Of a DNA stretch of 64,000 nucleotides, positions 10,182 to 19,039 are shown piece by piece. The first letter of the stretch is position 1. Each line of letters starts with the position of its first letter. The notes under the pieces are model-generated. The model was not told where the DNA came from, did no database searches, and was given only the letters and a program-made list of their open reading frames with translations. The stretch is from a virus (lineage: Duplodnaviria; Caudoviricetes): the IMG/VR virus record IMGVR_UViG_3300042291_001013; one strand, written 5' to 3'. Both the position numbers and the translations under genes were made by a program.

Positions 10182-10979
10182 TTATCGGTGTTGTTGAATC
10201 GCAGCCATGATGGCCGGATCCACTTGATCAGGTATTTGTGCTTGTATCTTGACAAAAAGGTCACCACGCTGTCCTGCTCGATCCAGGATGCCTTGCTGTC
10301 GCAAACGCAGAGTGGTGCCAGGTTGACAGCGTTCAGGAATGGTAACTACCAAACTGTTTCCATCCAAGGTGCGTATTTCAGCTGTGCCGCCCACAATCAA
10401 ATCCCACACCACAATTTCATGTTCGGTGTAAAGATTAAGTCCTTCTCTGCGCCAACGTCGATCAGGCTGTAGTCTAAACTGTATCACAAGGTCTTGCCCA
10501 CCTGGAGCAATGCCGGTGTACTGAACATTGTCTCCGTCGTTGATGCCTTGCGGTATTTCAATTTCCACAGTTTGTTGACCAGAAGCGGTGCCCAGGGCCA
10601 CTGTGCGGTGACCGCCACGTATGCAGTCCAACAAGCTGATCCACAGTGTCATGCGCACATGACTTTGTCGGGGACGCTGAGCAAAGCCCTGTCCAAAAAA
10701 TGGATTGCCTCCACCGCCGCCAAACATGCCGCCAAAGATGTCATTGATGTTGACATGCACACCATCACCAAATCCCCCAAACTGTGGCTGTGGGTTGTCA
10801 TAGGCCTGTCGTTTAGCTGGATCTCCCAGAGTATCGTATGCGGCTTGAATCTCTTGAAACTTTTGTGTGTTCCCACCCTTGTCCGGATGATGTTGGCTGG
10901 CCAGCTTGCGAAAAGCTCGCTTGATTTCATCTGCTGTGGCTGTTTTGGCAACACCTAATGTTGCATAGTGATCGGTCAT
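10182..10979 (-). CDS. dnaJ: DnaJ/CbpA-like J-domain co-chaperone lacking the Zn finger
   Basis: J-domain with HPD (HHPDKGG), G/F-rich linker, DnaJ C-terminal domain. Confidence 0.92.
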   Translation of the reverse strand: MTDHYATLGVAKTATADEIKRAFRKLASQHHPDKGGNTQKFQEIQAAYDTLGDPAKRQAYDNPQPQFGGFGDGVHVNINDIFGGMFGGGGGNPFFGQGFAQRPRQSHVRMTLWISLLDCIRGGHRTVALGTASGQQTVEIEIPQGINDGDNVQYTGIAPGGQDLVIQFRLQPDRRWRREGLNLYTEHEIVVWDLIVGGTAEIRTLDGNSLVVTIPERCQPGTTLRLRQQGILDRAGQRGDLFVKIQAQIPDQVDPAIMAAIQQHR

Positions 10980-10980
10980 G

Positions 10981-11013
10981 AAAAAGGCCCTGTATGTTTA
11001 ATTATACAGGGCC
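10981..11013 (-). terminator. Rho-independent terminator overlapping the dnaJ promoter
   Basis: 10-bp stem GGCCCTGTAT/ATACAGGGCC with 8-nt loop, followed by TTTTT on the minus strand. Confidence 0.8.
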
Positions 11014-11029
11014 CGGTTGCTGATGTCAA
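11001..11029 (-). promoter_or_regulatory. Sigma70 consensus promoter for dnaJ-clpA
   Basis: TTGACA-17 nt-TATAAT. Confidence 0.85.
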
Positions 11030-11245
11030 TTACTTCTTTTCAGGTACCTTGGTACCTTCAAGTTTCTTGTGTTGCTTTACTTCTTTACAGCTTTGCTTGA
11101 CTTTGCCGGTCTTGGTGTCTTTGACTGGTTTGCCTTCTTTATCTTTGACATCCACACAGACTTTTTTAGTTTCTTTCTTGGGCTCTTCAGCAATGACAAA
11201 TTGACTACCTAGTGCCAAGGCTAGTGCGATTAATAGTTGTTTCAT
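11030..11245 (-). CDS. Small exported Lys-rich protein
   Basis: Signal-peptide-like MKQLLIALALALGSQFVIA followed by a charged tail with two Cys. Confidence 0.65.
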   Translation of the reverse strand: MKQLLIALALALGSQFVIAEEPKKETKKVCVDVKDKEGKPVKDTKTGKVKQSCKEVKQHKKLEGTKVPEKK

Positions 11246-11249
11246 GATT

Positions 11250-11738
11250 TTATCTTTCTGGAAATGGTGGTATTACAGGGGCGGGTTTTCCACCAAATCC
11301 TGTAACAATCTCAGCCGCTGGCGCTCCAATTGTTGCACTGCTATTACTGCTGCCTGGTGCTGTTGGTGTTGTACCCCAACTTGGTGCTGGTGTAAAACTT
11401 GTGCTAGGTGTTGGAGACCCGCTTGCAAATCCTGTTGCTGGTGTTTGTATTCCGCCATTGTTAGCCCCTCCTAGTTTTTCTTGTGTGCGACCATACGCCG
11501 CAATACCTAGTACTGCTCCCATGGCAATGTGGAACAAACCAGCACCTTGCAGTGTGAGTGGTTGCCACTGAGTAATAGGTTGCTTGAGCAAGGTCTGTGC
11601 CAGGCTCCATAGTATGGGAAACAGCACAAAGTCTGTTATACAGGTCAGCATATACATCCAGCCCATAGCTGGACGCCACTTTGAGTTCATCCAGTCTTCT
11701 TTTTTCTTTTCACTTTCGCTTTTGACTTCTTCTGTCAT
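11250..11738 (-). CDS. Holin (3TM/GTA-holin-like family)
   Basis: WMNSKWRPAMGWMY...GAVLGIAAYGRTQEK with hydrophobic helices, located near the endolysin. Confidence 0.75.
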   Translation of the reverse strand: MTEEVKSESEKKKEDWMNSKWRPAMGWMYMLTCITDFVLFPILWSLAQTLLKQPITQWQPLTLQGAGLFHIAMGAVLGIAAYGRTQEKLGGANNGGIQTPATGFASGSPTPSTSFTPAPSWGTTPTAPGSSNSSATIGAPAAEIVTGFGGKPAPVIPPFPER

Positions 11739-11750
11739 GTTGGCTCCTTT

Positions 11751-12479
11751 TTAATATCCAAATCTTGCTTTGTACTGATTGTACAAAAGCTGTACCTCTG
11801 CCAGGGTCAATATGCCGCTGTAGGCCTTGACAAACCCTATGTCGCCAGTTTGCACTTCACTGCCTGCGGAACGACTGAACAGTCGTATCTGATTGGGCCC
11901 GCCGCCACCGCCTAGGTTAGTGGCTGTGAACGCAGTACCAGTTGGTTGGGCACTTGTTGCTGTGTATACCTGTCCCAGGCCTGTGGTGGCGTTCCAAGTA
12001 CCCCATATAAAGTTCCATACAGCGTTTGTTCCTGAGCTAGGCAAGTTAACTGAATAGTTGGGATAGAACGCATTTACAAAACCGTTGTAGGCGCCCATCA
12101 TCCAGTCTCTACTGGCTTCACTTTGTGTGTTCAATAATCTGCCAGAACTTGTGACCGACAACTTGTAGGTTGCAAATACCGAATAGCTTTGCCCAGTACT
12201 CCAGTTAGGCCCGCCGTACATGACGTCAGTGCCCACGCCGTTGCTTTTTCTAAACACCCCACCATTGACAGCTTGCCAACTAATACTGGCGCCAGCATTG
12301 GCCACAGTGAGTGTGCGCTGACCTGTGGTACCTGTGCCAGCAACCACAGTTCCATTGGCAGGCATGGCCGCATAATCGGCTGCATCTAGGTCGTAAACTA
12401 GAGAGGCCGAGACTACTGCCCCATTTTCAAATGTAATTCCAGGTCCTACTTCAATTCCTGGTCCAATTACTATTGCCAT
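11751..12479 (-). CDS. ConA/LamG-like lectin-fold virion protein
   Basis: YDLDAADY N-terminus, GDIGFVKAYSGILTLAEVQLLYN C-terminus. Confidence 0.7.
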   Translation of the reverse strand: MAIVIGPGIEVGPGITFENGAVVSASLVYDLDAADYAAMPANGTVVAGTGTTGQRTLTVANAGASISWQAVNGGVFRKSNGVGTDVMYGGPNWSTGQSYSVFATYKLSVTSSGRLLNTQSEASRDWMMGAYNGFVNAFYPNYSVNLPSSGTNAVWNFIWGTWNATTGLGQVYTATSAQPTGTAFTATNLGGGGGPNQIRLFSRSAGSEVQTGDIGFVKAYSGILTLAEVQLLYNQYKARFGY

Positions 12480-13097
12480 TTATGCTCCAAGAACGTGTAA
12501 GGCGTGCTCAGTGTGACTGATACGATCTTCAAGACCAATGTAGCCACCATTGATGGCTCGTGTTAGACCTTTTGTATCATTAGCATCAGCAAAGCGATTC
12601 AAGTTGTTTTGTTCCCAGTACCAGCAGGCGCTTTGTGCGGCACCTTCAAATGTGGCTAGATATTCTGCGGCTTCTTCTACACTAATATCCAAGCTGCCTG
12701 CAAAGAATGTGTAGTTGTCTTTGCCTGTGAGTTGAATCAAGCCACGACCGCAATAGAGCCAGCCATCGCCTGACGCTTCGTCGCCGTTGCCCATTCTGTT
12801 AGCGTACACTCTGTTGGCAATCTTTTCCGGGCGTTTTTCGTACTGTGCAGCCAATTCATCTGTGGGGAAATACTTGGCAAATGTTTTTCTCAGGCTCGCG
12901 GCCTTGTAGTTGAGGTTTTCTTTGATGAAAACAAAATTTCCTGACTCATGAGCGCACTGTGCAATAAAATGTGCCACACGTAACGGTGTGTTGATATTGT
13001 AATCATCTAACAACTGATCCAAGGCGCCGTGCCATTGATTAATGTAAGGGTTCTTGACCATTTGTTTTAGTTGTGATAATGTAAGTATTGAACTCAT
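12480..13097 (-). CDS. GH19 chitinase-like endolysin
   Basis: HFIAQCAHESG, YCGRGLIQLTGKDNY and TRAINGG motifs. Start placed at MSSILT. Confidence 0.92.
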   Translation of the reverse strand: MSSILTLSQLKQMVKNPYINQWHGALDQLLDDYNINTPLRVAHFIAQCAHESGNFVFIKENLNYKAASLRKTFAKYFPTDELAAQYEKRPEKIANRVYANRMGNGDEASGDGWLYCGRGLIQLTGKDNYTFFAGSLDISVEEAAEYLATFEGAAQSACWYWEQNNLNRFADANDTKGLTRAINGGYIGLEDRISHTEHALHVLGA

Positions 13098-13363
13098 TTG
13101 CTGGCTCCTTCGAATATTATTTTTTGTTTTGTGTGCCACTCAATCCATGCGTCTAGTTTGACTGCGCATTCGTAGTACGAGGTGTAGTTTTCAGTAATGG
13201 TACGTGCAATAGTGCTCAAGGCCGCATCATCATTTAATTTTTTGAGATTGGGACAGGGTTGACTGACCAATTGGCCAGGTGCATCAGGAAACTTGGCCAC
13301 AACAGGAACTACAGTACTACATCCTGTCAGGCACAACAATATTGCAATAGCCCAATATTTCAT
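13094..13363 (-). CDS. o-spanin (Rz1-like lipoprotein)
   Basis: Lipobox LTGC after a short signal peptide, Pro-rich segment, additional Cys, adjacent to the endolysin. Confidence 0.75.
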   Translation of the reverse strand: MKYWAIAILLCLTGCSTVVPVVAKFPDAPGQLVSQPCPNLKKLNDDAALSTIARTITENYTSYYECAVKLDAWIEWHTKQKIIFEGASK

Positions 13364-13364
13364 T

Positions 13365-14246
13365 TTAGCAGTTCCACTTTCTTAGTGCTAGAGCTTTGCG
13401 TGTGGGCTTACCATTGGGCTTTTTCATTGGGCCTTTAACTCCGCCCATTCTTGCACAGAAACTCTTGCGGCGCTTGGCTGCTTTTGATCCTGGCTTGAGC
13501 TTGCTGGGCTTTGTGGTCACTGCCATTTGCAATTTACTACCAGGATTCTCTCTGCGATAGCTGGCAACACCTTTGGCGTTGAGTCCGCCTTTTTTGCTCT
13601 TGCCTGCACTGCGTCTCCAGGCGGCTGTTTCGTATAACACGTTGTCTGGCATGGCTTCAAACTGTTCCCACACTAGGTCTTTACTCACGCGATTTTTAAT
13701 AGACATTTCTTCAGCCAACTCGTCCATGGCTTCAAACATGGCGTCTATCTCGGGATCCACTTCGTCTGAGGCTTCTTCTGAATACATGTAATCCCATACC
13801 GCAACCAACATTGATTTGGCCACAGCAATTTTTTCTTGGCACCATTCAGGCAAGTTGTCACCTGATTGAATCAAGTCATCAATGCCTTCAACAGCACGTT
13901 GCAATGTTTCCAAGTTGTTGTCAGCCATGCCTGCTTCGTCATCGTATTCAGGGTTGTAGTTTTCGTCCACGCCTGCTTCTTTCTTTTTAGCAATAGCAAT
14001 TGCGGCTTGCTGTGCAGGATTGGCAGCTTCTTCAACACCTTCTGATTTGTTGCCATAACTGCCAGCGCCTTTTTTGCGACACTGAACCAAGCGTCCAGAT
14101 GCATACGCACTTGGCCATACCTTGGCACTTGCTTTGACCTTGTAGTAACAAGCGTCTTTCTTTTCTGTCATCATCATTTCACTAAACATGGGCCCGCCGC
14201 AATGCGGACATTTGTGTGATGACTCTGTTATGTCTTTGAATTTCAT
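13365..14246 (-). CDS. Modular basic/acidic protein of the type seen in T4-like cyanophages; putative internal head protein
   Basis: MKFKDITE leader; modules KKDACYYKVKASAKVWPSAYASG and AWRRSAGKSKKGGLNAKG...RRKSFCARM separated by x-x-E junctions. Confidence 0.65.
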   Translation of the reverse strand: MKFKDITESSHKCPHCGGPMFSEMMMTEKKDACYYKVKASAKVWPSAYASGRLVQCRKKGAGSYGNKSEGVEEAANPAQQAAIAIAKKKEAGVDENYNPEYDDEAGMADNNLETLQRAVEGIDDLIQSGDNLPEWCQEKIAVAKSMLVAVWDYMYSEEASDEVDPEIDAMFEAMDELAEEMSIKNRVSKDLVWEQFEAMPDNVLYETAAWRRSAGKSKKGGLNAKGVASYRRENPGSKLQMAVTTKPSKLKPGSKAAKRRKSFCARMGGVKGPMKKPNGKPTRKALALRKWNC

Positions 14247-14818
14247 TTGCGTTTTCCTTTGGTACTTACATTTATGGCGGCACCCGAACGGTTGGGATTG
14301 GGATCTTCTCGGCGTTTGCGGGCTGCCGCACTGGCACGACCTTTTTTGCCCAGGGCATGTGCTTTGGCTTGAGGCAAACACTTGGGCTTGCCTTCTTTAC
14401 TACTGCCTCTGGCACAGTCCCCACGTATCTTGCCGTCGGGTCCAAATCGAACCCACTTTTGTTTAAACCAGTCTCGAAGATTTTCTTCAAGCTCTTGAGT
14501 TGACATTTTCTTTTCATACCCTTGCACAGCAGTGTTTCTAGCAGGGTTGGGTGCATCTTTAAATTTGGATGCTGGCAAAAACTTGTCAATACTTTTCAAT
14601 GTTAGTGGACCCATTATGCCATCTATGTCCAAGTTGGCATTGTGTTCTTGATTTAGCATTTGCTGTATTCTGCGTACCGAGTCAGAATCTTTATTTTCTT
14701 CTTCAAGTTCTGTTTCACTCACAGGCACACAATTGGGAACCATTCTAGAGCCTTTTTTCTTCATGCCAGCTTGACGGTATCCGTCCCAGCAGGCTTCTAG
14801 TATTTCTCTGTATCTCAT
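14243..14818 (-). CDS. Modular protein; putative internal head protein with a peptidoglycan-binding-like segment
   Basis: MRYREILE leader; ACWDGY...VPNCVP module; VRRIQQMLN...LDIDGIMGPLT (PG-binding-like); LRDWFKQKWV...PKCLP module. Confidence 0.6.
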   Translation of the reverse strand: MRYREILEACWDGYRQAGMKKKGSRMVPNCVPVSETELEEENKDSDSVRRIQQMLNQEHNANLDIDGIMGPLTLKSIDKFLPASKFKDAPNPARNTAVQGYEKKMSTQELEENLRDWFKQKWVRFGPDGKIRGDCARGSSKEGKPKCLPQAKAHALGKKGRASAAARKRREDPNPNRSGAAINVSTKGKRK

Positions 14819-15306
14819 TTGGGCGGTGCCTCAGCGGCCTGATTGTGGGCCTTGATAAATTCTCGTGGTATTTCACACTGTCCGCCAGGAGCAAACTTGG
14901 TGTCATACTTCACAATCTCACGGTCAACATACTGAATAATATCTTGTCCGCGTCGAGTAATATACTCGGTTTTCTTTACAACTCGTTCCTGGATTTGTAT
15001 ATTTTCTTTTGCGCTTTCGGCTTCGGCAACTCGTAGCTTTGCTTCTACTTCAGCCACTCGCTCGCGCCAGGCCATTTCTACGCCGTAGCCGCCGCGAAAA
15101 TAAACACCTGCTACCAGCAATAAAACACCAATAATTTTGAATGGCAACTGATATTGCCACAGCAACGGAAAAGGAATACGATGAATAAAAACCCCAGCAA
15201 TGGTCAGCACAACACCTATCAGCAATAGAATGTTGCAAAACCAAAGGATTAGTGCATCAGGAAGAAAATGTAAAATCCACATGCAACTATTTAGTTGCGC
15301 CCCCAA
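14815..15306 (-). CDS. i-spanin (Rz-like)
   Basis: N-terminal transmembrane helices followed by a coiled-coil periplasmic domain with a C-terminal Cys; lies in the lysis region. Confidence 0.65.
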   Translation of the reverse strand: MGAQLNSCMWILHFLPDALILWFCNILLLIGVVLTIAGVFIHRIPFPLLWQYQLPFKIIGVLLLVAGVYFRGGYGVEMAWRERVAEVEAKLRVAEAESAKENIQIQERVVKKTEYITRRGQDIIQYVDREIVKYDTKFAPGGQCEIPREFIKAHNQAAEAPPK

Positions 15307-15494
15307 CGAATGTTATTCCAAACACGTTCGTGTGCAAAATACAACAAGGTGTTTACTACCAGCTGAATTACCGCAATTGTGCCAGAAATTGCAAAATCTC
15401 CCAGTATTATGTAACTGATTGCAAAAGTAGCAGTTGACCCTGTAATGCGCCAACTCACCGTCTTTACTAGACTACGAGAAGTGCTGTCACTCAA
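15291..15494 (-). CDS. Small membrane protein (DUF2061-like)
   Basis: RSLVKTVSWR...YFAHERVW pattern. Confidence 0.75.
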   Translation of the reverse strand: MSDSTSRSLVKTVSWRITGSTATFAISYIILGDFAISGTIAVIQLVVNTLLYFAHERVWNNIRWGRN

Positions 15495-16323
15495 GGCCCA
15501 AGGTCTTTCTTATCTTGGTTGCAGAGATATCGGTGATTGATTGATCAAATGATTCTTGCTCAATTTTATACCCCACATCACGTCCGTAAGTGATATTCAC
15601 AATGTTGGGCACAATTTGAATTTCGTACTGCCCTTGATACACCATGTCTAGATCTCTACGTATATAATTCTTTACTTGATCAATAGCAAATGGGTTTGAG
15701 CCTTGCCAGCCTTGACAGTCGCGAATTTGAATCACAACTTGCCCGGTTTTGGCAATGGCACGTTCAAACAAGGCACGATGGCCTGGGTGCCAGGGCTGCC
15801 AACGTCCCAGCATTTGTACTGTTTCTTTTTGCCAGTCAAACACAGGTCTACGTCTGTTATCTACAATATGCGCGGCAATGAACTCGCCCCATTTTTCTGC
15901 ATTTTGCTCTGTGATTCTAAAGTCATAAACTTCAGGCGGAATAAAGGCTTTATTGGTATCTTCGTATCTACCTTTGTCAATGGTATCAACCCACACAGTC
16001 CAGTCTGCTTTGAAGTTGTTGCGCATTTCCACAAGTGGTGCCACAAAGTCACAGATGACATAATCACAATCGGTCATTGTGTCTGCCAGTGTTCTCATGC
16101 GAATGCTTTGACGTATGCGTCCTGCTTCTGAAAAGTCCCAGTCGTTGTATTCTTTACGCACATCATCGGCGTTTAACCAACCTACCTTGATCTTGGCAAG
16201 TGGGGTCAAAGATAGTTCATTCACTTTGTATGAATCTTGTAAATGATCCACAAGGTGCTGTGCTAGATAAGTTTTGCCTGCGCCAGGCAAGCCCATGATT
16301 AAAATACGTTGAGGTTGTTTCAT
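15487..16323 (-). CDS. Adenylyl-sulfate-kinase-like P-loop kinase fused to an HxGH nucleotidyltransferase domain
   Basis: MGLPGAGKT, LNADDVR...DFSEAGRIRQ, DFVAP; then LGRWQPWHPGH and ISATKIR. Confidence 0.8.
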   Translation of the reverse strand: MKQPQRILIMGLPGAGKTYLAQHLVDHLQDSYKVNELSLTPLAKIKVGWLNADDVRKEYNDWDFSEAGRIRQSIRMRTLADTMTDCDYVICDFVAPLVEMRNNFKADWTVWVDTIDKGRYEDTNKAFIPPEVYDFRITEQNAEKWGEFIAAHIVDNRRRPVFDWQKETVQMLGRWQPWHPGHRALFERAIAKTGQVVIQIRDCQGWQGSNPFAIDQVKNYIRRDLDMVYQGQYEIQIVPNIVNITYGRDVGYKIEQESFDQSITDISATKIRKTLGLE

Positions 16324-16922
16324 ATTACTTTTACCTTTATGTCATTTGAGTGATAATTCTGAACATGGTTCAGTGGTGGTGGTTCGAGTGCCAGCATGTT
16401 GGCCAAGTCTCGATTGGTAGCCGGCTCTGCGCCATCATAATTATGCCAGGCCGACAACAGCCCATGATTTTGTTTGCTCACACGATCACACATGGTTTCG
16501 AGGTCTTGATAGTAGGGTTGATAAAAAGGGTATGTGATTGAAAACCCACCAGACCGTACCCACCAGCCCACACAGGCGTCATCAGGTCGGTGTACCAACA
16601 CAATAGGCGCAGTAGGCCAATTTCTACGTAGATAATCAATGTTTTTTCTATAACAAAAAATATGACTTTTTACAATGCGATAACCCGTGCCTGAAAAAGG
16701 AGCATTCCACGTCTGTTCAGCCTGCTCGGGTGTCAACTGGTCAAGGTCTTCAGGAACACTAAATTCCATGCCCGGATCCCAGTATGCACCACAGTGTCCA
16801 GTTTGTTCATACTGTCTTAAGTCTGTGTTGTCAGATCTGTCAATACTAGGCGAGAAATAAATGTTGCGGGCCACAGAACTCCATTTGGATCCTGGAGCTC
16901 CGGCCAAGAAAATATAACTCAT
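16320..16922 (-). CDS. Sulfotransferase-like/P-loop protein
   Basis: FLAGAPGSKWSSV and IVKSH...IVLVHR pattern; the fold call is inference. Confidence 0.45.
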   Translation of the reverse strand: MSYIFLAGAPGSKWSSVARNIYFSPSIDRSDNTDLRQYEQTGHCGAYWDPGMEFSVPEDLDQLTPEQAEQTWNAPFSGTGYRIVKSHIFCYRKNIDYLRRNWPTAPIVLVHRPDDACVGWWVRSGGFSITYPFYQPYYQDLETMCDRVSKQNHGLLSAWHNYDGAEPATNRDLANMLALEPPPLNHVQNYHSNDIKVKVI

Positions 16923-17878
16923 TGCAGTCGTTGAATAATAGGCGCAAAGCTTCTACGCAGTTGTTCAGCATATCTAGCAGTACCTTGTGGGCTCAGTTGT
17001 TGTGGGTCTGTAAAGATAAAACTGTCCCCTGCCCAGGCCTGATACTCTGCGCTTTGTATGGCTCGGCCAAATTCACGCTGATACCAGTCTAGTACGTCTT
17101 GGCGTGTGCCTGGCAACAAGCTCACTACCCATCCTGCATACACAGATATACCGGGCACTGCTGTATTCATCAGCGGTGCATCTTTTAGATTGCGAATATT
17201 ATGTGCGCCTGTGAGTCCAATCAGTTTGACTTTGCCAGCTTCGATCAAGGGACGAGCAACAGCCACGGGCATGATGCCAAATTCAGTAGAATTGCTGGCC
17301 ACGCTTTGCACCGCTGGCGCTGGTCCAGAATGTTTGATAGCCTGTACTTGATCACTGCCACGCTGTGTGTACATGATATACTCATAGGCCATTTGATGCG
17401 CACCTCCGCCAATGGCCACATTGACCGGGCGTCCTGGACGCTGAATCAACGACACGAATTCTGCAGGTGTGTTTACTGCACTGCTGGTGTGTGCCACCAG
17501 TGCCAAGGGCGATTGCCCCAGGGTAACAACATTGACAAATGTGTTGTACTCAAATTTCTTTGTGTCGCGTTGCCAAATGTCATTGGTGACATACTGGCTC
17601 ATGTGACTGGGCACAGCAATAACATGCCCATCTGCTGGCTGTGTGAGAAAATAATTGTGGGCCACAACTGAGTCAGCACCAGGTCTAGTTTCCACCACAA
17701 AGTTCACACCTGGGTTGTTTTGTTGCACTATGCTAGCGGCTTTGCGAAATGAAATCTCATTGCCTGATCCAGGAGCAAATCCCACAATCACTGTGACAGG
17801 TCGAGTGGGTTGCCAAGCCCAGGCAATATTTGTCAGCAGGGCCATGGTCAAAATAAGTAAAATTCTATGCACGATCAA
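16919..17878 (-). CDS. Bug/TctC periplasmic substrate-binding protein
   Basis: Signal peptide, WQPTRPVTVIVGFAPGSGNE, VVETRPGA, GKVKLIGLTG. Confidence 0.9.
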   Translation of the reverse strand: MIVHRILLILTMALLTNIAWAWQPTRPVTVIVGFAPGSGNEISFRKAASIVQQNNPGVNFVVETRPGADSVVAHNYFLTQPADGHVIAVPSHMSQYVTNDIWQRDTKKFEYNTFVNVVTLGQSPLALVAHTSSAVNTPAEFVSLIQRPGRPVNVAIGGGAHQMAYEYIMYTQRGSDQVQAIKHSGPAPAVQSVASNSTEFGIMPVAVARPLIEAGKVKLIGLTGAHNIRNLKDAPLMNTAVPGISVYAGWVVSLLPGTRQDVLDWYQREFGRAIQSAEYQAWAGDSFIFTDPQQLSPQGTARYAEQLRRSFAPIIQRLQ

Positions 17879-18400
17879 TCCTTTTTAAATGAATATTTTA
17901 GTCAGTACTGGAAGCCCACTACTGATGCGTTTACTTATAGTGCTTATGGTGCTGTGGCCGCAAAAATACAGCCGCACGAAGAGGTTTTGGATGTGGGCTG
18001 TGGGTCTAACCCATTCAAAGCATTGTTGCCGCGTGTGACCGGAATTGATCCTGCGTTTGATCAAGCCGACATCAAATGCACAATTGAAAGCTTTCGACCA
18101 ATAAAACTGTATGACGTTGCGTTGTGCCTGGGATCAATTAACTTTGGTGACCACACTGTGATCAACAGACAAATTGCCAAAGTGATTGATTGCCTTAAAC
18201 CTCAGGCCAGAGTCTACTGGCGACTAAATCCTGGACGAACTGATCATGCCAACAGTGAATGCCAGGCTGTGCCGTTTTATCCTTGGACACATAGCAAACT
18301 GCGTAAGCTAGCACTATATCATGGATTTGAACAGCGCAATGAACAAACAGAAGGCAATGACCGTGTGCAACGATTATACGCTGAATGGCATCGCGGGTAA
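17867..18400 (+). CDS. Class I SAM-dependent methyltransferase
   Basis: VLDVGCGSN, GIDP and YDVALCLGSINF motifs; lies on the opposite strand to its neighbours. Confidence 0.85.
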   Translation: MHDQSFLNEYFSQYWKPTTDAFTYSAYGAVAAKIQPHEEVLDVGCGSNPFKALLPRVTGIDPAFDQADIKCTIESFRPIKLYDVALCLGSINFGDHTVINRQIAKVIDCLKPQARVYWRLNPGRTDHANSECQAVPFYPWTHSKLRKLALYHGFEQRNEQTEGNDRVQRLYAEWHRG

Positions 18401-19039
18401 TTGGTCAGAGATATAACGATAGCAGGCCTGGTGTGCATCTGTCAAGGGATGGCACAGGTCACTGATAGCATGCCCTTGCTTGCGACTCCAGTTCACAAAG
18501 TTGTCCCCGTCAAATGTGGTCATGTGCGGCCGTATTGAGTTTTGCATTGCAGTTAACGCTGGAGTGGTGTGAAACTCTGTTTCAAACATCAGATCGTCCA
18601 TGTAAGTCATGATAAATGGCACAGAACGTTTTTGTAGCTGATCCACGCACAGTTGTACCATGCTCAAGGTGCTGAACTTGTCCCTAAACTGTGAATGAAA
18701 ATTGCGATAGTAATAGTTGCCGTGGTTGTCGTTTTCGCTGGGGCGCAGAGTTAGCCATTTGTCTGTGCGAAAATCCACGTAGTCAAAACGATCAATCCAG
18801 GTCCAGTTCACAACATAAAAGTCTGGCTCTGAAGTTGCGGCCAGCGCAGTTAACAAGCGTTCAGCAATGTGCATATTGCCTGCGCCCGGACGTGCATAGC
18901 ATTGATACCCCCAGCCTTGACTCTGCGCCAGCAATGCTGGCCATGTCATTTGTGAAGGAGTGGCATAGGCTGTGCCGTAGCCGTCATCGGGTAGCTCGCA
19001 GCCAAACATAAAGCTACAGCCAAAACTCTTGAGATTCAA
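18374..19039 (-). CDS. SGNH-hydrolase-like protein
   Basis: FGCSFMFG block I, NWTWIDR, C-terminal HPLTDAH. Confidence 0.65.
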   Translation of the reverse strand: MNLKSFGCSFMFGCELPDDGYGTAYATPSQMTWPALLAQSQGWGYQCYARPGAGNMHIAERLLTALAATSEPDFYVVNWTWIDRFDYVDFRTDKWLTLRPSENDNHGNYYYRNFHSQFRDKFSTLSMVQLCVDQLQKRSVPFIMTYMDDLMFETEFHTTPALTAMQNSIRPHMTTFDGDNFVNWSRKQGHAISDLCHPLTDAHQACYRYISDQLPAMPFSV

